A stretch of 64,000 bases of DNA from an uncultured Nitrospiraceae bacterium (GTDB taxonomy: Bacteria > Nitrospirota > Nitrospiria > Nitrospirales > Nitrospiraceae): contig CAVSTP010000002.1 in the NCBI GenBank assembly GCA_963730935.1, positions 960,001 through 1,024,000 on the forward strand, in the 5' to 3' direction. Below are positions 28,493 through 38,441 of this stretch, piece by piece. A program made the translations under genes and the position numbers. How positions within the stretch are numbered: position 1 is the stretch's first letter; each line of letters begins with the position of its first letter. The notes under the pieces were generated by a model that saw nothing but the letters and a program-made list of their open reading frames with translations, was not told where the DNA came from and did no database searches.

Positions 28493-29833
28493 TTACGTCG
28501 TTTTGACCGCGTAGTCGCTGACTTCGGTCACCGTCGTCCGGCTCCCTTGCTTGCGCCGGCGGGCCACGGCCCAGTTCTCTTTCCAATTCAACACGAAAAA
28601 GAGGTAGTAGACAACTTTAAAGAGGAAAAGCGGGAAACGCATCTTTGATTGTTCGAAGACGTCGCCGGCGAGCAGCGAGAGCACCGCTCGTTCAATTTTT
28701 GGTGGGCGCCTAGTCGACACGAACAACGCCTCGAACGCCGGCTGGTTGAATCTGTGGATAAACCAGGAAAAGGTGTCGATCCCCCGACGCACGCTCCTCT
28801 CGAAGTTCTTTAGCCGGGCGCCATAATCCGGAGCACCGCGCAGGAAGGCGTCGACAACGCCCGCACCGATGGTGCCGCTGTTCAGGGCGAGGTGCACGCC
28901 GCTGGAAAATACCGGGTCAATAAAGGCGAACGCGTCTCCGACCATCAGGTATCCCTCGCCAGTCATGGTCTCCCTACGGTACGAGAAATTGGCCGCCGCA
29001 TACGTCGGCGTCAATGCCCTAGCCCGTTCCATTCGTTTGGCGATCGGCGGCGATTGACGCAGCGCGTCCAACAGAAACTGATCGAGGGACGTCCGGCGGG
29101 ATTTGATGTAATCGGGATGGCAGACCACGCCCACGCTCATCGTTCCGTCTTTGAAGGGAATGAGCCAGCACCAGCCGTCGTCGAGCCAGCCCGCGGTGAT
29201 ATTGCCCTCATCCATCCCGGTGAGCCTGGTGACGCCTTCAAAATGGCCGAACACGGCCGCGCTGCCATGTTTCTTACTCCGGTGCTTTCCACCCATTTGA
29301 CCGGACAGAAACGTGTCGCGGCCGCTTGCATCGACCACGAATCGGGTCTCCCATGTGCATGGACGTCCTTGTCGATCCTCTGCATGGACCAACGAGGTCC
29401 GGCCGGGCCGAAACTCAACGCGGTGGGCCTTGGTGCCCTCGTGGAAGTGGACGCCTTTGGCGACCGCATTCTTGGAGAGAATGTCATCGAATTCGGCCCG
29501 CTTGACTTCAAAGGCATAGGGTTGCGATTCATCAAAGGCCTTGGAGAAATGGAACATCTGTGACCGGCCATGCCGATAGCTGACCAGTTCGGCGCCGTAT
29601 TTAATAATGCCGATTTTCTCGACTTCCGGGAGGACTCCCAGCCGTTGCAGCATCGGAAGAGACTGCGGCAGCAATGATTCGCCGATATGAAACCGGGGAT
29701 GTGAATCCTTTTCGAGGACATGCACCTTCCAGCCCAGTTCCGCGAGCAACGCAGAAATCGTGGAACCGGCCGGTCCACCTCCGACCACTAGAACGTCACA
29801 TTCTTGTGGACGCGAAACAAGATGGTCGTGCAT
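28493..29833 (-). CDS. Flavin-dependent halogenase-like oxidoreductase
   Basis: GGGPAG, PRFHIGESL, Lys in IIKYG, WCWLIP (WxWxIP), GDAFAFIDPVFSSGV. Confidence 0.85.
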   Translation of the reverse strand: MHDHLVSRPQECDVLVVGGGPAGSTISALLAELGWKVHVLEKDSHPRFHIGESLLPQSLPMLQRLGVLPEVEKIGIIKYGAELVSYRHGRSQMFHFSKAFDESQPYAFEVKRAEFDDILSKNAVAKGVHFHEGTKAHRVEFRPGRTSLVHAEDRQGRPCTWETRFVVDASGRDTFLSGQMGGKHRSKKHGSAAVFGHFEGVTRLTGMDEGNITAGWLDDGWCWLIPFKDGTMSVGVVCHPDYIKSRRTSLDQFLLDALRQSPPIAKRMERARALTPTYAAANFSYRRETMTGEGYLMVGDAFAFIDPVFSSGVHLALNSGTIGAGVVDAFLRGAPDYGARLKNFERSVRRGIDTFSWFIHRFNQPAFEALFVSTRRPPKIERAVLSLLAGDVFEQSKMRFPLFLFKVVYYLFFVLNWKENWAVARRRKQGSRTTVTEVSDYAVKTT

Positions 29834-29936
29834 CGATCGTATTGCCTTCTCTCCAATTGATGGGGAGTATACCCAAGAAACACCACGTTGGCTAGTTGAC
29901 CGCTGCAGAAACGCGGCCATGCCTACAGTGTTTTCG

Positions 29937-29965
29937 TTGACCGATTATTGTTAACGTGCTAGTCT
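29937..29965 (+). promoter_or_regulatory. Putative sigma-70 promoter
   Basis: TTGACC-17 nt-TAGTCT with extended -10 TG, upstream of 30030. Confidence 0.55.
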
Positions 29966-30029
29966 CCGCCCGCAGTTCCCATTACAGATAAGTATCGGCG
30001 AATTTCACCGTCGGATAAGGAGGGAGAGT

Positions 30030-30356
30030 ATGAAGGTAGTGGGCATCGTACTCACCGCCGTGCTTCTTCTCGGCACAGCGGCGTGTCATTCCACACGTGT
30101 TCAGATTCCAACGGCTCCCATTGGTCCGAATGAAAAATCGCTGGGTGCAACTTGGGGCGATGACGTGGGTCTGCTTTTGTTCGGATTTATTCCGATCCGA
30201 CAGAACGACCGGTTCGTTGAGGCCTACAACGAAGCTGTCCAGAAGGCTGGAGCGACGAGGTTGACGGACGTGACGATCTCGGAACGATGGTGGTGGGGGT
30301 ATGTCATTAACGGCTACGTCTTTAAGGTAGAAGGCACGGCTGTGACCAATAAGTAA
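30030..30356 (+). CDS. Small lipoprotein (TRL/Bor-like), tandem paralog 1
   Basis: TAAC lipobox; LLFGFIPI; strong RBS. Confidence 0.75.
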   Translation: MKVVGIVLTAVLLLGTAACHSTRVQIPTAPIGPNEKSLGATWGDDVGLLLFGFIPIRQNDRFVEAYNEAVQKAGATRLTDVTISERWWWGYVINGYVFKVEGTAVTNK

Positions 30357-30382
30357 TACCACCCGCAATTGAGGAGAACACT

Positions 30383-30706
30383 ATGAAATCCGCTGGGCTA
30401 CTTCTTGGAATCTGTCTTGCCTTGACCACCGCTTGCGTCTCGACACCGCTCAAGTTTCCGAGCGCACCAATTGGTCCGAATGAAAAGGCCTTGGGAAAGA
30501 CCGAGGCCACCAGCACAGGCATCATGCTGTTCGGGTTTATTCCCATCAACCAAAACACTCGCTTTGAAGATGCGATTCGAGAAGCCGCCGCGAAAGCCGG
30601 TGGAACGAGGCTGACGGATGTCACCATCTCAGAACAATGGTTTTGGGCATTGGTGCTTGATGGGTTTATTTTTAAAGTCGAAGGTACAGCGGTCGCAAAT
30701 AAATAG
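30383..30706 (+). CDS. Small lipoprotein (TRL/Bor-like), tandem paralog 2
   Basis: TTAC lipobox; shares APIGPNEK, FGFIPI, TRLTDVTISE, FKVEGTAV with the upstream gene. Confidence 0.75.
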   Translation: MKSAGLLLGICLALTTACVSTPLKFPSAPIGPNEKALGKTEATSTGIMLFGFIPINQNTRFEDAIREAAAKAGGTRLTDVTISEQWFWALVLDGFIFKVEGTAVANK

Positions 30707-30924
30707 CGAGGCCGGTCACCGTACGTGTAACCGTTGGAAACGAGCTTCGGCACACAAGCAGGATGGATGCGCCGAAGCTCGTGACCGGTGGTCTACCTGA
30801 CAGACTCTCCATCTGTGGCCGGTGCTCTTCCGGCTGCTCCACATCGTGCGGCAAGGCTCTCCCTCTCAATCGTTTTGCTGTCTTTCCTGAACGGGCTCAA
30901 ACCCGGTAAGATTCGAATAGGCCG

Positions 30925-31698
30925 ATGTTGCCCAAAAACATCCTCGACCAATTCTTCGTCTTTCATCCGGAGCGCTGGCATGACAAGGACTGGCGCGCCG
31001 CGAGCGGGCTTCCGCTTGAAGACGTCTGGTTTCAGGCAGCCGACGGCACGAAGCTCTTCGGGTGGTACGTCGAGGCACGGGCGGATCGTCCCGTCATTAT
31101 CTGGTGTCACGGCAACGCGGGAAACATCGTCCACCGGCTCGACAATCTCCGTTTATTGTTCCAGCGGGATCTGTCCGTTTTTCTCTTCGACTACCGAGGT
31201 TACGGGAGAAGCCAGGGTTTGCGGCCCAGCGAAGAAGGCCTATATTTTGACGCGATGGGCGCCCATGAGTATCTGACGCGTATCCGAATGATCAGGCCGG
31301 AGCGCCTGGTCATCTTCGGGCGATCGTTGGGCGCGGCAGTAGCCGCCGACCTCGCCGTCCACAAGCCTGCGTCCGGACTCATTCTGGAATCGGCGTTCCC
31401 CTCCATCGAAGCGGTCACCAAGTTCTATTATGGCGGCCTGCCCGTGCATTGGCTGCTGGGCGCCGAGTTTCGATTGATTGATCGAGTCCCGGCGCTCTCG
31501 CTGCCCAAACTCATCATCCATGGAGATCAGGACGATATCATTCCGCTTGAACTGGGCCGGCAGGTGTTCGAGGCGGCGAAGCCGCCCAAGTCCTTTCATC
31601 TTGTCCCGGGCGCGACCCACAACAACACGTATCAGGTCGGCGGAGCCTCGTACTTCGAGGCGTTCGCCGGCTTCGCCGCCCGTGCAATGCGCTCGTAG
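30925..31698 (+). CDS. Alpha/beta hydrolase (ABHD13/BEM46-like)
   Basis: HGNAGN, DYRGYG, GRSLG, HGDQD, HNN. Confidence 0.9.
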   Translation: MLPKNILDQFFVFHPERWHDKDWRAASGLPLEDVWFQAADGTKLFGWYVEARADRPVIIWCHGNAGNIVHRLDNLRLLFQRDLSVFLFDYRGYGRSQGLRPSEEGLYFDAMGAHEYLTRIRMIRPERLVIFGRSLGAAVAADLAVHKPASGLILESAFPSIEAVTKFYYGGLPVHWLLGAEFRLIDRVPALSLPKLIIHGDQDDIIPLELGRQVFEAAKPPKSFHLVPGATHNNTYQVGGASYFEAFAGFAARAMRS

Positions 31699-31793
31699 AA
31701 CCAAAAAATAATTTGGCGAGCGGTGGAACTTTTGGTACAGTGCGCGGCGATGTCCTCACACCTTCTTCCCACGACCGGTCTGAACCAGTAAGA

Positions 31794-32708
31794 ATGTCCC
31801 CTATGGGAATCCTGCTAGCGCTCCCTCTGCTCCTCTTGTTGACGGGGTGTGCCGGAACCTCAGCCCTCGACCCGGTGGGGGGGCAGGTCTCACATGAGGC
31901 CAATCAAGCGATCCCGCCGCGCGTCCTCTTGGCAGAAGCTGGAGACTTCCCGATTGCTGATCTGCCGTCGGTTGCGGCGAAAAGCCCCCCCCTCGGCGGC
32001 TATGCGGAGGAACTCTTCGATCCTTTTTCCAAGGCTGACGAAGAAAGCGACGAGTACGACCCGTGGGAGCCATTCAATATCTCTATATTCGAGTTCAACC
32101 GCAAGCTGGACAAGTATGCGCTGAAGCCTGTCGCCCAGGGCTACGACTTCATCATTCCTGATTTTGTGCAGGTCGGCATCAGCAACATGTTCTACAATTT
32201 GCGATTTCCGCAGCGGTTCTTGAACAACGTGTTTCAGGGAAAGGTCAAAGGCGCAGGGATTGAGGTCGGACGGTTTCTCTTGAACACCACCGTCGGGTAT
32301 GCGGGGTTCCTGGATTTGGCGAAAGAGATCGATTTGGTCACGCCCGATGAGGATTTCGGACAAACGTTGGGATTCTATGGCGTGAAGCCCGGCCCATATC
32401 TTGTGCTGCCGTTCCTCCAGCCCTTTACGGTTCGAGACTTTGCCGGATACGTCACCGACATTTTCCTCAATCCGATCAACTGGCTGGTTGCGCCCATCAT
32501 CGAGGTCGAGGGCATACCTTCGTTGATCGCCCACAAAAACCGCACGACGACGACCCTTCTGCAGATCGGTGTACGCGTCGGCGAGATCGTGAATGAGCGG
32601 TCGAGGAATCTCGAGAAATTCCAGGGGGTCGAAGAAGCGACGCTCGATCTCTACACGGCCGTACGAAACGCCTATCTACAGTCTCGGACGAGAGCGATTC
32701 GAGACTAG
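31794..32708 (+). CDS. mlaA: VacJ/MlaA family lipoprotein
   Basis: LTGC lipobox; DPWEPFN, RFLLNTTVG, EDFGQTLG, GPYLVLP, RNAYLQ. Confidence 0.9.
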   Translation: MSPMGILLALPLLLLLTGCAGTSALDPVGGQVSHEANQAIPPRVLLAEAGDFPIADLPSVAAKSPPLGGYAEELFDPFSKADEESDEYDPWEPFNISIFEFNRKLDKYALKPVAQGYDFIIPDFVQVGISNMFYNLRFPQRFLNNVFQGKVKGAGIEVGRFLLNTTVGYAGFLDLAKEIDLVTPDEDFGQTLGFYGVKPGPYLVLPFLQPFTVRDFAGYVTDIFLNPINWLVAPIIEVEGIPSLIAHKNRTTTTLLQIGVRVGEIVNERSRNLEKFQGVEEATLDLYTAVRNAYLQSRTRAIRD

Positions 32709-32721
32709 CAGGGTTTCGATC

Positions 32722-33924
32722 TCATCCCTGAGATCGCGTAATCACTCCCAATTCCCGACCGACCTTGGCAAACGCTGCAAGCGCTCGTTCGAGTTCTTTG
32801 TGCGTATGGGCGGCCGACATCTGTACGCGGATTCGCGCTTGCCCCTCCGGGACCACCGGATAACTGAAGCCCACGACATAGACGCCTTCAGTCAGCAACC
32901 GGTCGGCCATCGTGGCGGCCAGAGAAGCGTCGCCCAACATGACGGGAATAATTGGATGAGTTCCGTCGACCAGGCGAAATCCAAGACCGGTGAGCCGCGC
33001 CCGAAAGAACGTGGCATTTTCGCGCAGCCGGGAGCGCAGTTCCTCACCCTCTTGAACGAGGGTCAGTGCCTGCAGGGCCCCGGCGGCAACCGCCGGAGGC
33101 AGCGCATTGGAGAATAAATAAGGCCGCGAGCGCTGGCGAAGGAGGTCCACAACGTTTGTGCGTCCCGTCGTGAATCCTCCGGTCGCCCCGCCGAGCGTTT
33201 TGCCGAGCGTACTCGTCACGATATCGATGCGATCGGCGACTCCATAGTGGGTGGGAGTGCCACGTCCTTGTGCTCCGATGACTCCGGTGGCATGGCTGTC
33301 GTCGACCATGACGGCGGCCTCGTATCGTTCTGCGAGCTCGACGATCTGGTCGAGCTTCGCCAGATCGCCGTCCATGGAGAACACACCGTCCGTGGCGATC
33401 AGGCGCAGGCGAGAGGACCGCGCGTCGTTCAGTTTCGCTTCCAAGTCTTTCATGTCCGAATGGGCAAAGCGCAATCGTTTGGCTTTGCACAGCCGGATGC
33501 CGTCGATCACGCTGGCATGGTTGAGCGCATCGCTGATCACGGCGTCTCGATCATCGAGCAGGACTTCGAAGAGGCCTCCGTTCGCATCGAAGCAAGAACC
33601 GTAGAGGATGGTGTCCTCGGTGCGCAGAAAGGCACTGATCGCGCGTTCGAGGGCTTTGTGGGTTTCTTGCGTTCCGCAAATGAAGCGCACAGAGGCCATG
33701 CCATAGCCGTGAGTCCGAAGCCCGCGGGCGGCTGCCTCGACGATGCCCGGATGATTGGCCAGGCCCAGGTAGTTGTTGGCACAGAGGTTCAAGACTCGGC
33801 CCTGTGCCACCTGAATTTCCGCCTGCTGCGGGCTGATGAGCTGCCGCTCGGCTTTATACAGCCCCTTGGCGCGAATCTCGGTTAATTGCTGGTCTGCGAT
33901 GTGGTTCAGAAGCGAGTCAGCCAT
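32722..33924 (-). CDS. kbl: Glycine C-acetyltransferase (2-amino-3-ketobutyrate CoA ligase)
   Basis: [51 protein letters not shown]; follows tdh. Confidence 0.95.
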   Translation of the reverse strand: MADSLLNHIADQQLTEIRAKGLYKAERQLISPQQAEIQVAQGRVLNLCANNYLGLANHPGIVEAAARGLRTHGYGMASVRFICGTQETHKALERAISAFLRTEDTILYGSCFDANGGLFEVLLDDRDAVISDALNHASVIDGIRLCKAKRLRFAHSDMKDLEAKLNDARSSRLRLIATDGVFSMDGDLAKLDQIVELAERYEAAVMVDDSHATGVIGAQGRGTPTHYGVADRIDIVTSTLGKTLGGATGGFTTGRTNVVDLLRQRSRPYLFSNALPPAVAAGALQALTLVQEGEELRSRLRENATFFRARLTGLGFRLVDGTHPIIPVMLGDASLAATMADRLLTEGVYVVGFSYPVVPEGQARIRVQMSAAHTHKELERALAAFAKVGRELGVITRSQG

Positions 33925-33977
33925 GGTTGCACCAGCCGGCTATAGGGGACGGAGGTGGGGCCGCCACCTCGTTCGCA

Positions 33978-35012
33978 TTAGGGGAAGAGGACGACTTTCC
34001 CGCATTGACCTGACCTGATCAAGTCGAAGCCCTTGGCGAAGTCGCTCATGGCAAACGTGTGCGTGACGATCGGTTTGATGTTGAGGCCGGCTTTGAACAG
34101 CCCGGCCAGCCGGTACCAGGTGCTGAACAACCGTCGGCCGGTGATTCCGTGCACACGGATGCCCTTGAAGATAATGTCGTTGGCCAGATCGCAGGTGATG
34201 GGGCCGGTTGGAATACCGAAGAGCGTCACGCGGCCGCCGTTCTTCACCGCATTGAAGGCAAGATGAAGGGCAGACGGATCGCCGGACATTTCCAAAGACG
34301 CATCGACGCCTTCGCCAGCGGTGATATCTTGAATCGCCGTAGCCAGCGATGCCGGCGTCTCCGCCTTGGCGTTTAGGACATGATCGGCCCCGACCTGTTT
34401 GGCGAGGCTCAAACGGTATTCGCTGACGTCGGAGGCGATGATCGTGGCCGCACCGGAGGTGCGCGCGACCGCGGCGGCAAAGAGCCCGGTCGGTCCGCAT
34501 CCCGTAATCAGCACCGTATGTCCGGTGACGTCGTCGACCAGGGCCGCATCGACGGCATTTCCGAGCGGCTCTTGAATCGACGCATATTCCGGCGCAATCG
34601 CCTGGGACGTGTGCCAGAGGACGTTCTCGGGCAGCACGACATATTCCGCAAAGGATCCATCACGGTCCACGCCGAGGATCCGGTAGTTGCGGCAGACATG
34701 GGCCTGGCCGGTGCGGCACTGGAAGCACGTTCCACACGTGAGATGAGACTCTGCTGCGACGTAGTCGCCGGTTCTGACGAGCTTTACCGACGAGCCGACG
34801 TCGACCACCTCTCCACACATCTCATGACCGATAATCCGCGGAGGATGGATACGGCTGTGCGCCCAGGGATCCCAATTGTAGATATGGGCGTCCGTGCCGC
34901 ATAACGACGTTGCTTTCACGCGGATCACCGCGTCGTGTGGGCCCGGCGTGGGGTCCGGACAGCTTGTCGCCGTCAACCCAGGCTGAGGCGCAGTCTTGAT
35001 GAGCGCGCGCAT
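33978..35012 (-). CDS. tdh: L-threonine 3-dehydrogenase
   Basis: CGTDAHIYNWD.W, GHE, four-Cys Zn site, EPLGNAV, GITGRR; adjacent to kbl. Confidence 0.95.
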   Translation of the reverse strand: MRALIKTAPQPGLTATSCPDPTPGPHDAVIRVKATSLCGTDAHIYNWDPWAHSRIHPPRIIGHEMCGEVVDVGSSVKLVRTGDYVAAESHLTCGTCFQCRTGQAHVCRNYRILGVDRDGSFAEYVVLPENVLWHTSQAIAPEYASIQEPLGNAVDAALVDDVTGHTVLITGCGPTGLFAAAVARTSGAATIIASDVSEYRLSLAKQVGADHVLNAKAETPASLATAIQDITAGEGVDASLEMSGDPSALHLAFNAVKNGGRVTLFGIPTGPITCDLANDIIFKGIRVHGITGRRLFSTWYRLAGLFKAGLNIKPIVTHTFAMSDFAKGFDLIRSGQCGKVVLFP

Positions 35013-35095
35013 GGATCCATTGTATCCCACTCGCCTCCGCTTGCCTAACACCAGTGGAAAATACGGGTTGCGCAACTGTCGGCGGCCTAGGTAGG

Positions 35096-36076
35096 ATGCC
35101 GTCCATGCCGGCGCGATGGTGTCAAAGCCTGACATGTTTCGCAGCACTCACGTGCGTCACGCTCTCGCTCGCGGCTCCACCTCTGTTCTCCGCTTCCTCG
35201 GCCTCCGGTCCGGTACCCCGATGGGCACGCTTTGAACTCCATCAGCAGGATTCGGATGGTGAACTGCAAACTGGCAAACCGCTCACACTGCTAATTACGC
35301 TCGGCGGGGTAACGTCGGGACCCGTACCAATCATCGCGCTGTGCGAGTCCATCCTGTTTGAACCTCAGATCATCACGCTCGAGCCGGATGGCGAAACCTC
35401 TACGCTCAAGGCGGAAGTCACCCTCGATCCGATGCCCACGAGCCGGACCTCTGTTCATCAGAAAGCCGCGCGCATTCAGGTCACGTTCGCCAGATCGCGT
35501 CCGGAAAAACTCGAACGGATCATGAAGCGTATCGTCTACGTGACCTTAGACCGTCAGGAGCCGGTCAGCGATACCAGCGAGCCGCCTGCTGTCCGTCCAG
35601 AAGAACCCCCCTCCAGCGATCTCATTGTCGATGAGCCCCAGCCAGGCGGGGCCCCTGTCGCCACGGGTGCTCTGATCGAAGAGGATCTCATGCCGCTCGC
35701 CGACCCCAGTCACGGGAAGGCGTATTGGCAGCAGGTCAGTCTTCTGGTCAGTCGCAGCTGGGCACGGCAGGTGCGCGGCGTCCGGCGAGGGCCGAGCAGC
35801 GAAACCGTCCGCGTGCGGTTCAAGCTGTATCCGAACGGCCGCGCGCAATTGATCGAAATTGAAAAAGGATCGGGGGTTCGTGAGATTGATGAAGCAGGGA
35901 TTTATGCGGTGGTCAATGCCCAGCCATTTCCGCCGGTGCCCGAAGACGTGGCAGACGACCCGGTCGACGTTCACGTCCGCATGAGGACCGGAGTTCGGGG
36001 GAAAACGCGAGACGTGCAGTCGGTAGGCAACACGTCGAACGGGAAGGTAGAATCGCCCGCGAACGTGAAGCAGTAA
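35096..36076 (+). CDS. Secreted protein with TonB C-terminal domain
   Basis: Signal peptide; VRVRFKL..NG..IEKGSG..IDEA..AV..AQPFPPVP. Confidence 0.75.
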   Translation: MPSMPARWCQSLTCFAALTCVTLSLAAPPLFSASSASGPVPRWARFELHQQDSDGELQTGKPLTLLITLGGVTSGPVPIIALCESILFEPQIITLEPDGETSTLKAEVTLDPMPTSRTSVHQKAARIQVTFARSRPEKLERIMKRIVYVTLDRQEPVSDTSEPPAVRPEEPPSSDLIVDEPQPGGAPVATGALIEEDLMPLADPSHGKAYWQQVSLLVSRSWARQVRGVRRGPSSETVRVRFKLYPNGRAQLIEIEKGSGVREIDEAGIYAVVNAQPFPPVPEDVADDPVDVHVRMRTGVRGKTRDVQSVGNTSNGKVESPANVKQ

Positions 36077-36107
36077 CGCTGGCACCGAGAGGGAAAGAGG
36101 CTGGAGG

Positions 36108-36716
36108 ATGATCATCGCACGCATGGTCTGCGCCGCACTCGCAATCTTCTCGCTGCTGACCGTATGGCCCTCACTGGCGCAGGCCGAAGCGGCCCGCTGG
36201 AACGTGGACCCGGAGCATTCCACCATCGAATTCCGCGTTGCGCACATGCTGGTGTCGAAAACAAGCGGGCATTTCACGGAGTATCAGGGCTTCATCGTCA
36301 TGGACGCCGAGGCGGGAACCGTGAAGGCCATCGAAGCCGCGATCAAGACGGCGTCCGTCAACACCAATCATCCGAAGCGGGACGCGCATTTGCGCAACGC
36401 GGACTTTTTCGACGTGGAGAAGTATCCGACGATGACCTATCGAATGAAGCAGTACGAGAAAACCGCGGACAGCTATCAGGCGGTCGGTGAGCTGACGCTG
36501 CGCGGAGTGACCAAAGACATCACATTGACGGGGAATTTCAACGGCGTTGCCAAAGATCCGTGGGGGAATCTGAGGGCCGGATTCAACGCCGAGGGTAAAT
36601 TGAATCGCAAGGATTTCGGGATGGTCTGGAGCAAGTCACTCGATGGCGGCGGACTCGTCGTGGGCGACGAAGTCCTGATCAAGCTCGACATCGAGTGCAT
36701 CAAGGTGAAGCCCTAA
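36108..36716 (+). CDS. YceI family periplasmic lipid/polyisoprenoid-binding protein
   Basis: VDPEHS, RDAHLR..DFFDVEKYP, DPWG, RKDFG. Confidence 0.95.
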   Translation: MIIARMVCAALAIFSLLTVWPSLAQAEAARWNVDPEHSTIEFRVAHMLVSKTSGHFTEYQGFIVMDAEAGTVKAIEAAIKTASVNTNHPKRDAHLRNADFFDVEKYPTMTYRMKQYEKTADSYQAVGELTLRGVTKDITLTGNFNGVAKDPWGNLRAGFNAEGKLNRKDFGMVWSKSLDGGGLVVGDEVLIKLDIECIKVKP

Positions 36717-36791
36717 CATGCGCCTGATGCCCATTGGCCTGCTCCCAATGACGTCGTGCTCATTGCCGGCATTCGCCGCCCGCTCATCACC

Positions 36792-37793
36792 ATGAGGGCA
36801 ATGGTTCTTGGAAGCATCGGGGACGTGGCTGCCGATCCTCTGGTCCTCCAGGAAGTTCCGGTTCCCGAACCTGGACCCGGCGAGGTGCTCGTTGAAGTCA
36901 GCGTGTGCGGCATCTGTCGAACCGATCTGCATGTGATCGAGGGCGAGCTCGAGCGCCCGAAACTTCCGCTGATCCCGGGTCACCAGGCTGTCGGCAGCAT
37001 CAGCCGTGTCGGGTCTGGTGTGACGACCCGGCGGGCCGGCGAGCGAGTGGGCATCGCCTGGCTGCAAGGCACCTGTGGCCAGTGTCAACATTGCCGGAGC
37101 GGCCGGGAAAATTTGTGTCTGGCCGCCCGCTTCACCGGCTATCAGGTCGACGGCGGCTACGCCGAATATGCGGTGGCCCCGGCTCCGTTTGCCTATCCGA
37201 TTCCTGCGACATTTTCCGATGAAGAAGCCGCGCCGCTCCTTTGCGCTGGCATCATCGGGTATCGCGCGTTGCGGCTCAGCCGGGTTCAGCCTGGGCAGCG
37301 GCTTGGCATGTACGGATTCGGTGCGTCCGCCCACATCGCCATTCAAATTGCCCGCCACTGGGGATGTGAAGTGTACGTGTGTTCGTTGAAGGCGGAACAT
37401 CGGGCATTGGCTCGCGACATGGGCGCCGCCTGGGCGGGCGAAGCCTCGGAAGCCCCTCCGGTCCCTTTGCATGGATCGATTATCTTTGCGCCGGCCGGCG
37501 AACTGGTCGTGCCAGCCTTGCGAGCCCTGGAGCGCGGAGGAACCTTGGCGCTCGCGGGCATTCACATGAGCACGATTCCTCCGATCGACTACGACCGTGA
37601 CCTCTTCGGCGAACGGACGATCTCGAGTGTGACCGCTAATACGCGCCAGGATGGGATTGATCTCTTACGGGAAGCGGCAGCGATCCCCATCAGGCCCCGT
37701 ACGCAACGGTTTCCGTTGGCGCAGGCCAATCGAGCTCTGCAGCGTTTGAAGTCCGGTGGCATCAACGGGGCGGGTGTGTTGGCCATCCATTAA
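36792..37793 (+). CDS. Zinc-dependent alcohol dehydrogenase family protein
   Basis: CRTDLH, PGHQ, CGQCQHC..C, LCAGIIGYR, YGFGASAH. Confidence 0.95.
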   Translation: MRAMVLGSIGDVAADPLVLQEVPVPEPGPGEVLVEVSVCGICRTDLHVIEGELERPKLPLIPGHQAVGSISRVGSGVTTRRAGERVGIAWLQGTCGQCQHCRSGRENLCLAARFTGYQVDGGYAEYAVAPAPFAYPIPATFSDEEAAPLLCAGIIGYRALRLSRVQPGQRLGMYGFGASAHIAIQIARHWGCEVYVCSLKAEHRALARDMGAAWAGEASEAPPVPLHGSIIFAPAGELVVPALRALERGGTLALAGIHMSTIPPIDYDRDLFGERTISSVTANTRQDGIDLLREAAAIPIRPRTQRFPLAQANRALQRLKSGGINGAGVLAIH

Positions 37794-37856
37794 ATGCCGC
37801 GTGGACTCCAGCATGCAGGGGCGCACGAACAATACCCTAGATGCTAGGATGGGGCG

Positions 37857-38441
37857 ATGCGCCGGCTGGTAAGACTCCTCTGCCTCGCGATAGTCGGACT
37901 CGGCATGGCGAATTCCGTGTTTGCACTGGAATTTACCGCCGACCAGATCACCAAGATCGATGGCAGGACTCATAAAGCGTTCATCTATTACCGGGATCAA
38001 ATGTGGCGCATTGAGCACCACTCGCTCGGTCCCGTCAATGTCACTATTGTGCGAAAGGACAAACAACTGGTCTGGCTGCTCCTGTCACGCATGAAGCATT
38101 TCAAGACGCTGCCCTATGATGCCGAGCAGGACCTCCGTGTCACGCCGGTCCTCGAAGGGGAAATTCAACGACAGGAGATTGGGACGGAAATGCGCGAAGG
38201 GCATCCCACGATCCTGTACGAAGTGACGACGAAGCAGGGTGAGCATTTAGAGCGGTACTACCAATGGGTCGCGACCGACCTGCATTTTCCGATGAAGCTG
38301 GCCAAGAAAGACGGCAGCTGGATTGTTGAGTATCAGCACGTGAAAATGCGGTCCGTGTCCGATTATCTTTTCAACCTGCCGGTGAACTTTCAGCCGCTGG
38401 AAGAGTTCGACAACCCGAGCGGACAGCCGAAAGCACCGTGA
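37857..38441 (+). CDS. Secreted DUF4412-like protein
   Basis: Signal peptide; EFTAD, WVATDLHFPMK, LFNLP. Confidence 0.6.
   Translation: MRRLVRLLCLAIVGLGMANSVFALEFTADQITKIDGRTHKAFIYYRDQMWRIEHHSLGPVNVTIVRKDKQLVWLLLSRMKHFKTLPYDAEQDLRVTPVLEGEIQRQEIGTEMREGHPTILYEVTTKQGEHLERYYQWVATDLHFPMKLAKKDGSWIVEYQHVKMRSVSDYLFNLPVNFQPLEEFDNPSGQPKAP

Noticed and set aside
32722..33924. Serine palmitoyltransferase or BioF belonging to the lipid cluster
   Set aside because: Kbl-specific motifs and pairing with tdh indicate threonine catabolism
33952..33970. Hairpin GAGGTGG..CCACCTC between tdh and kbl as a terminator
   Set aside because: No U-tract and it lies inside an evident operon; at most a stability element
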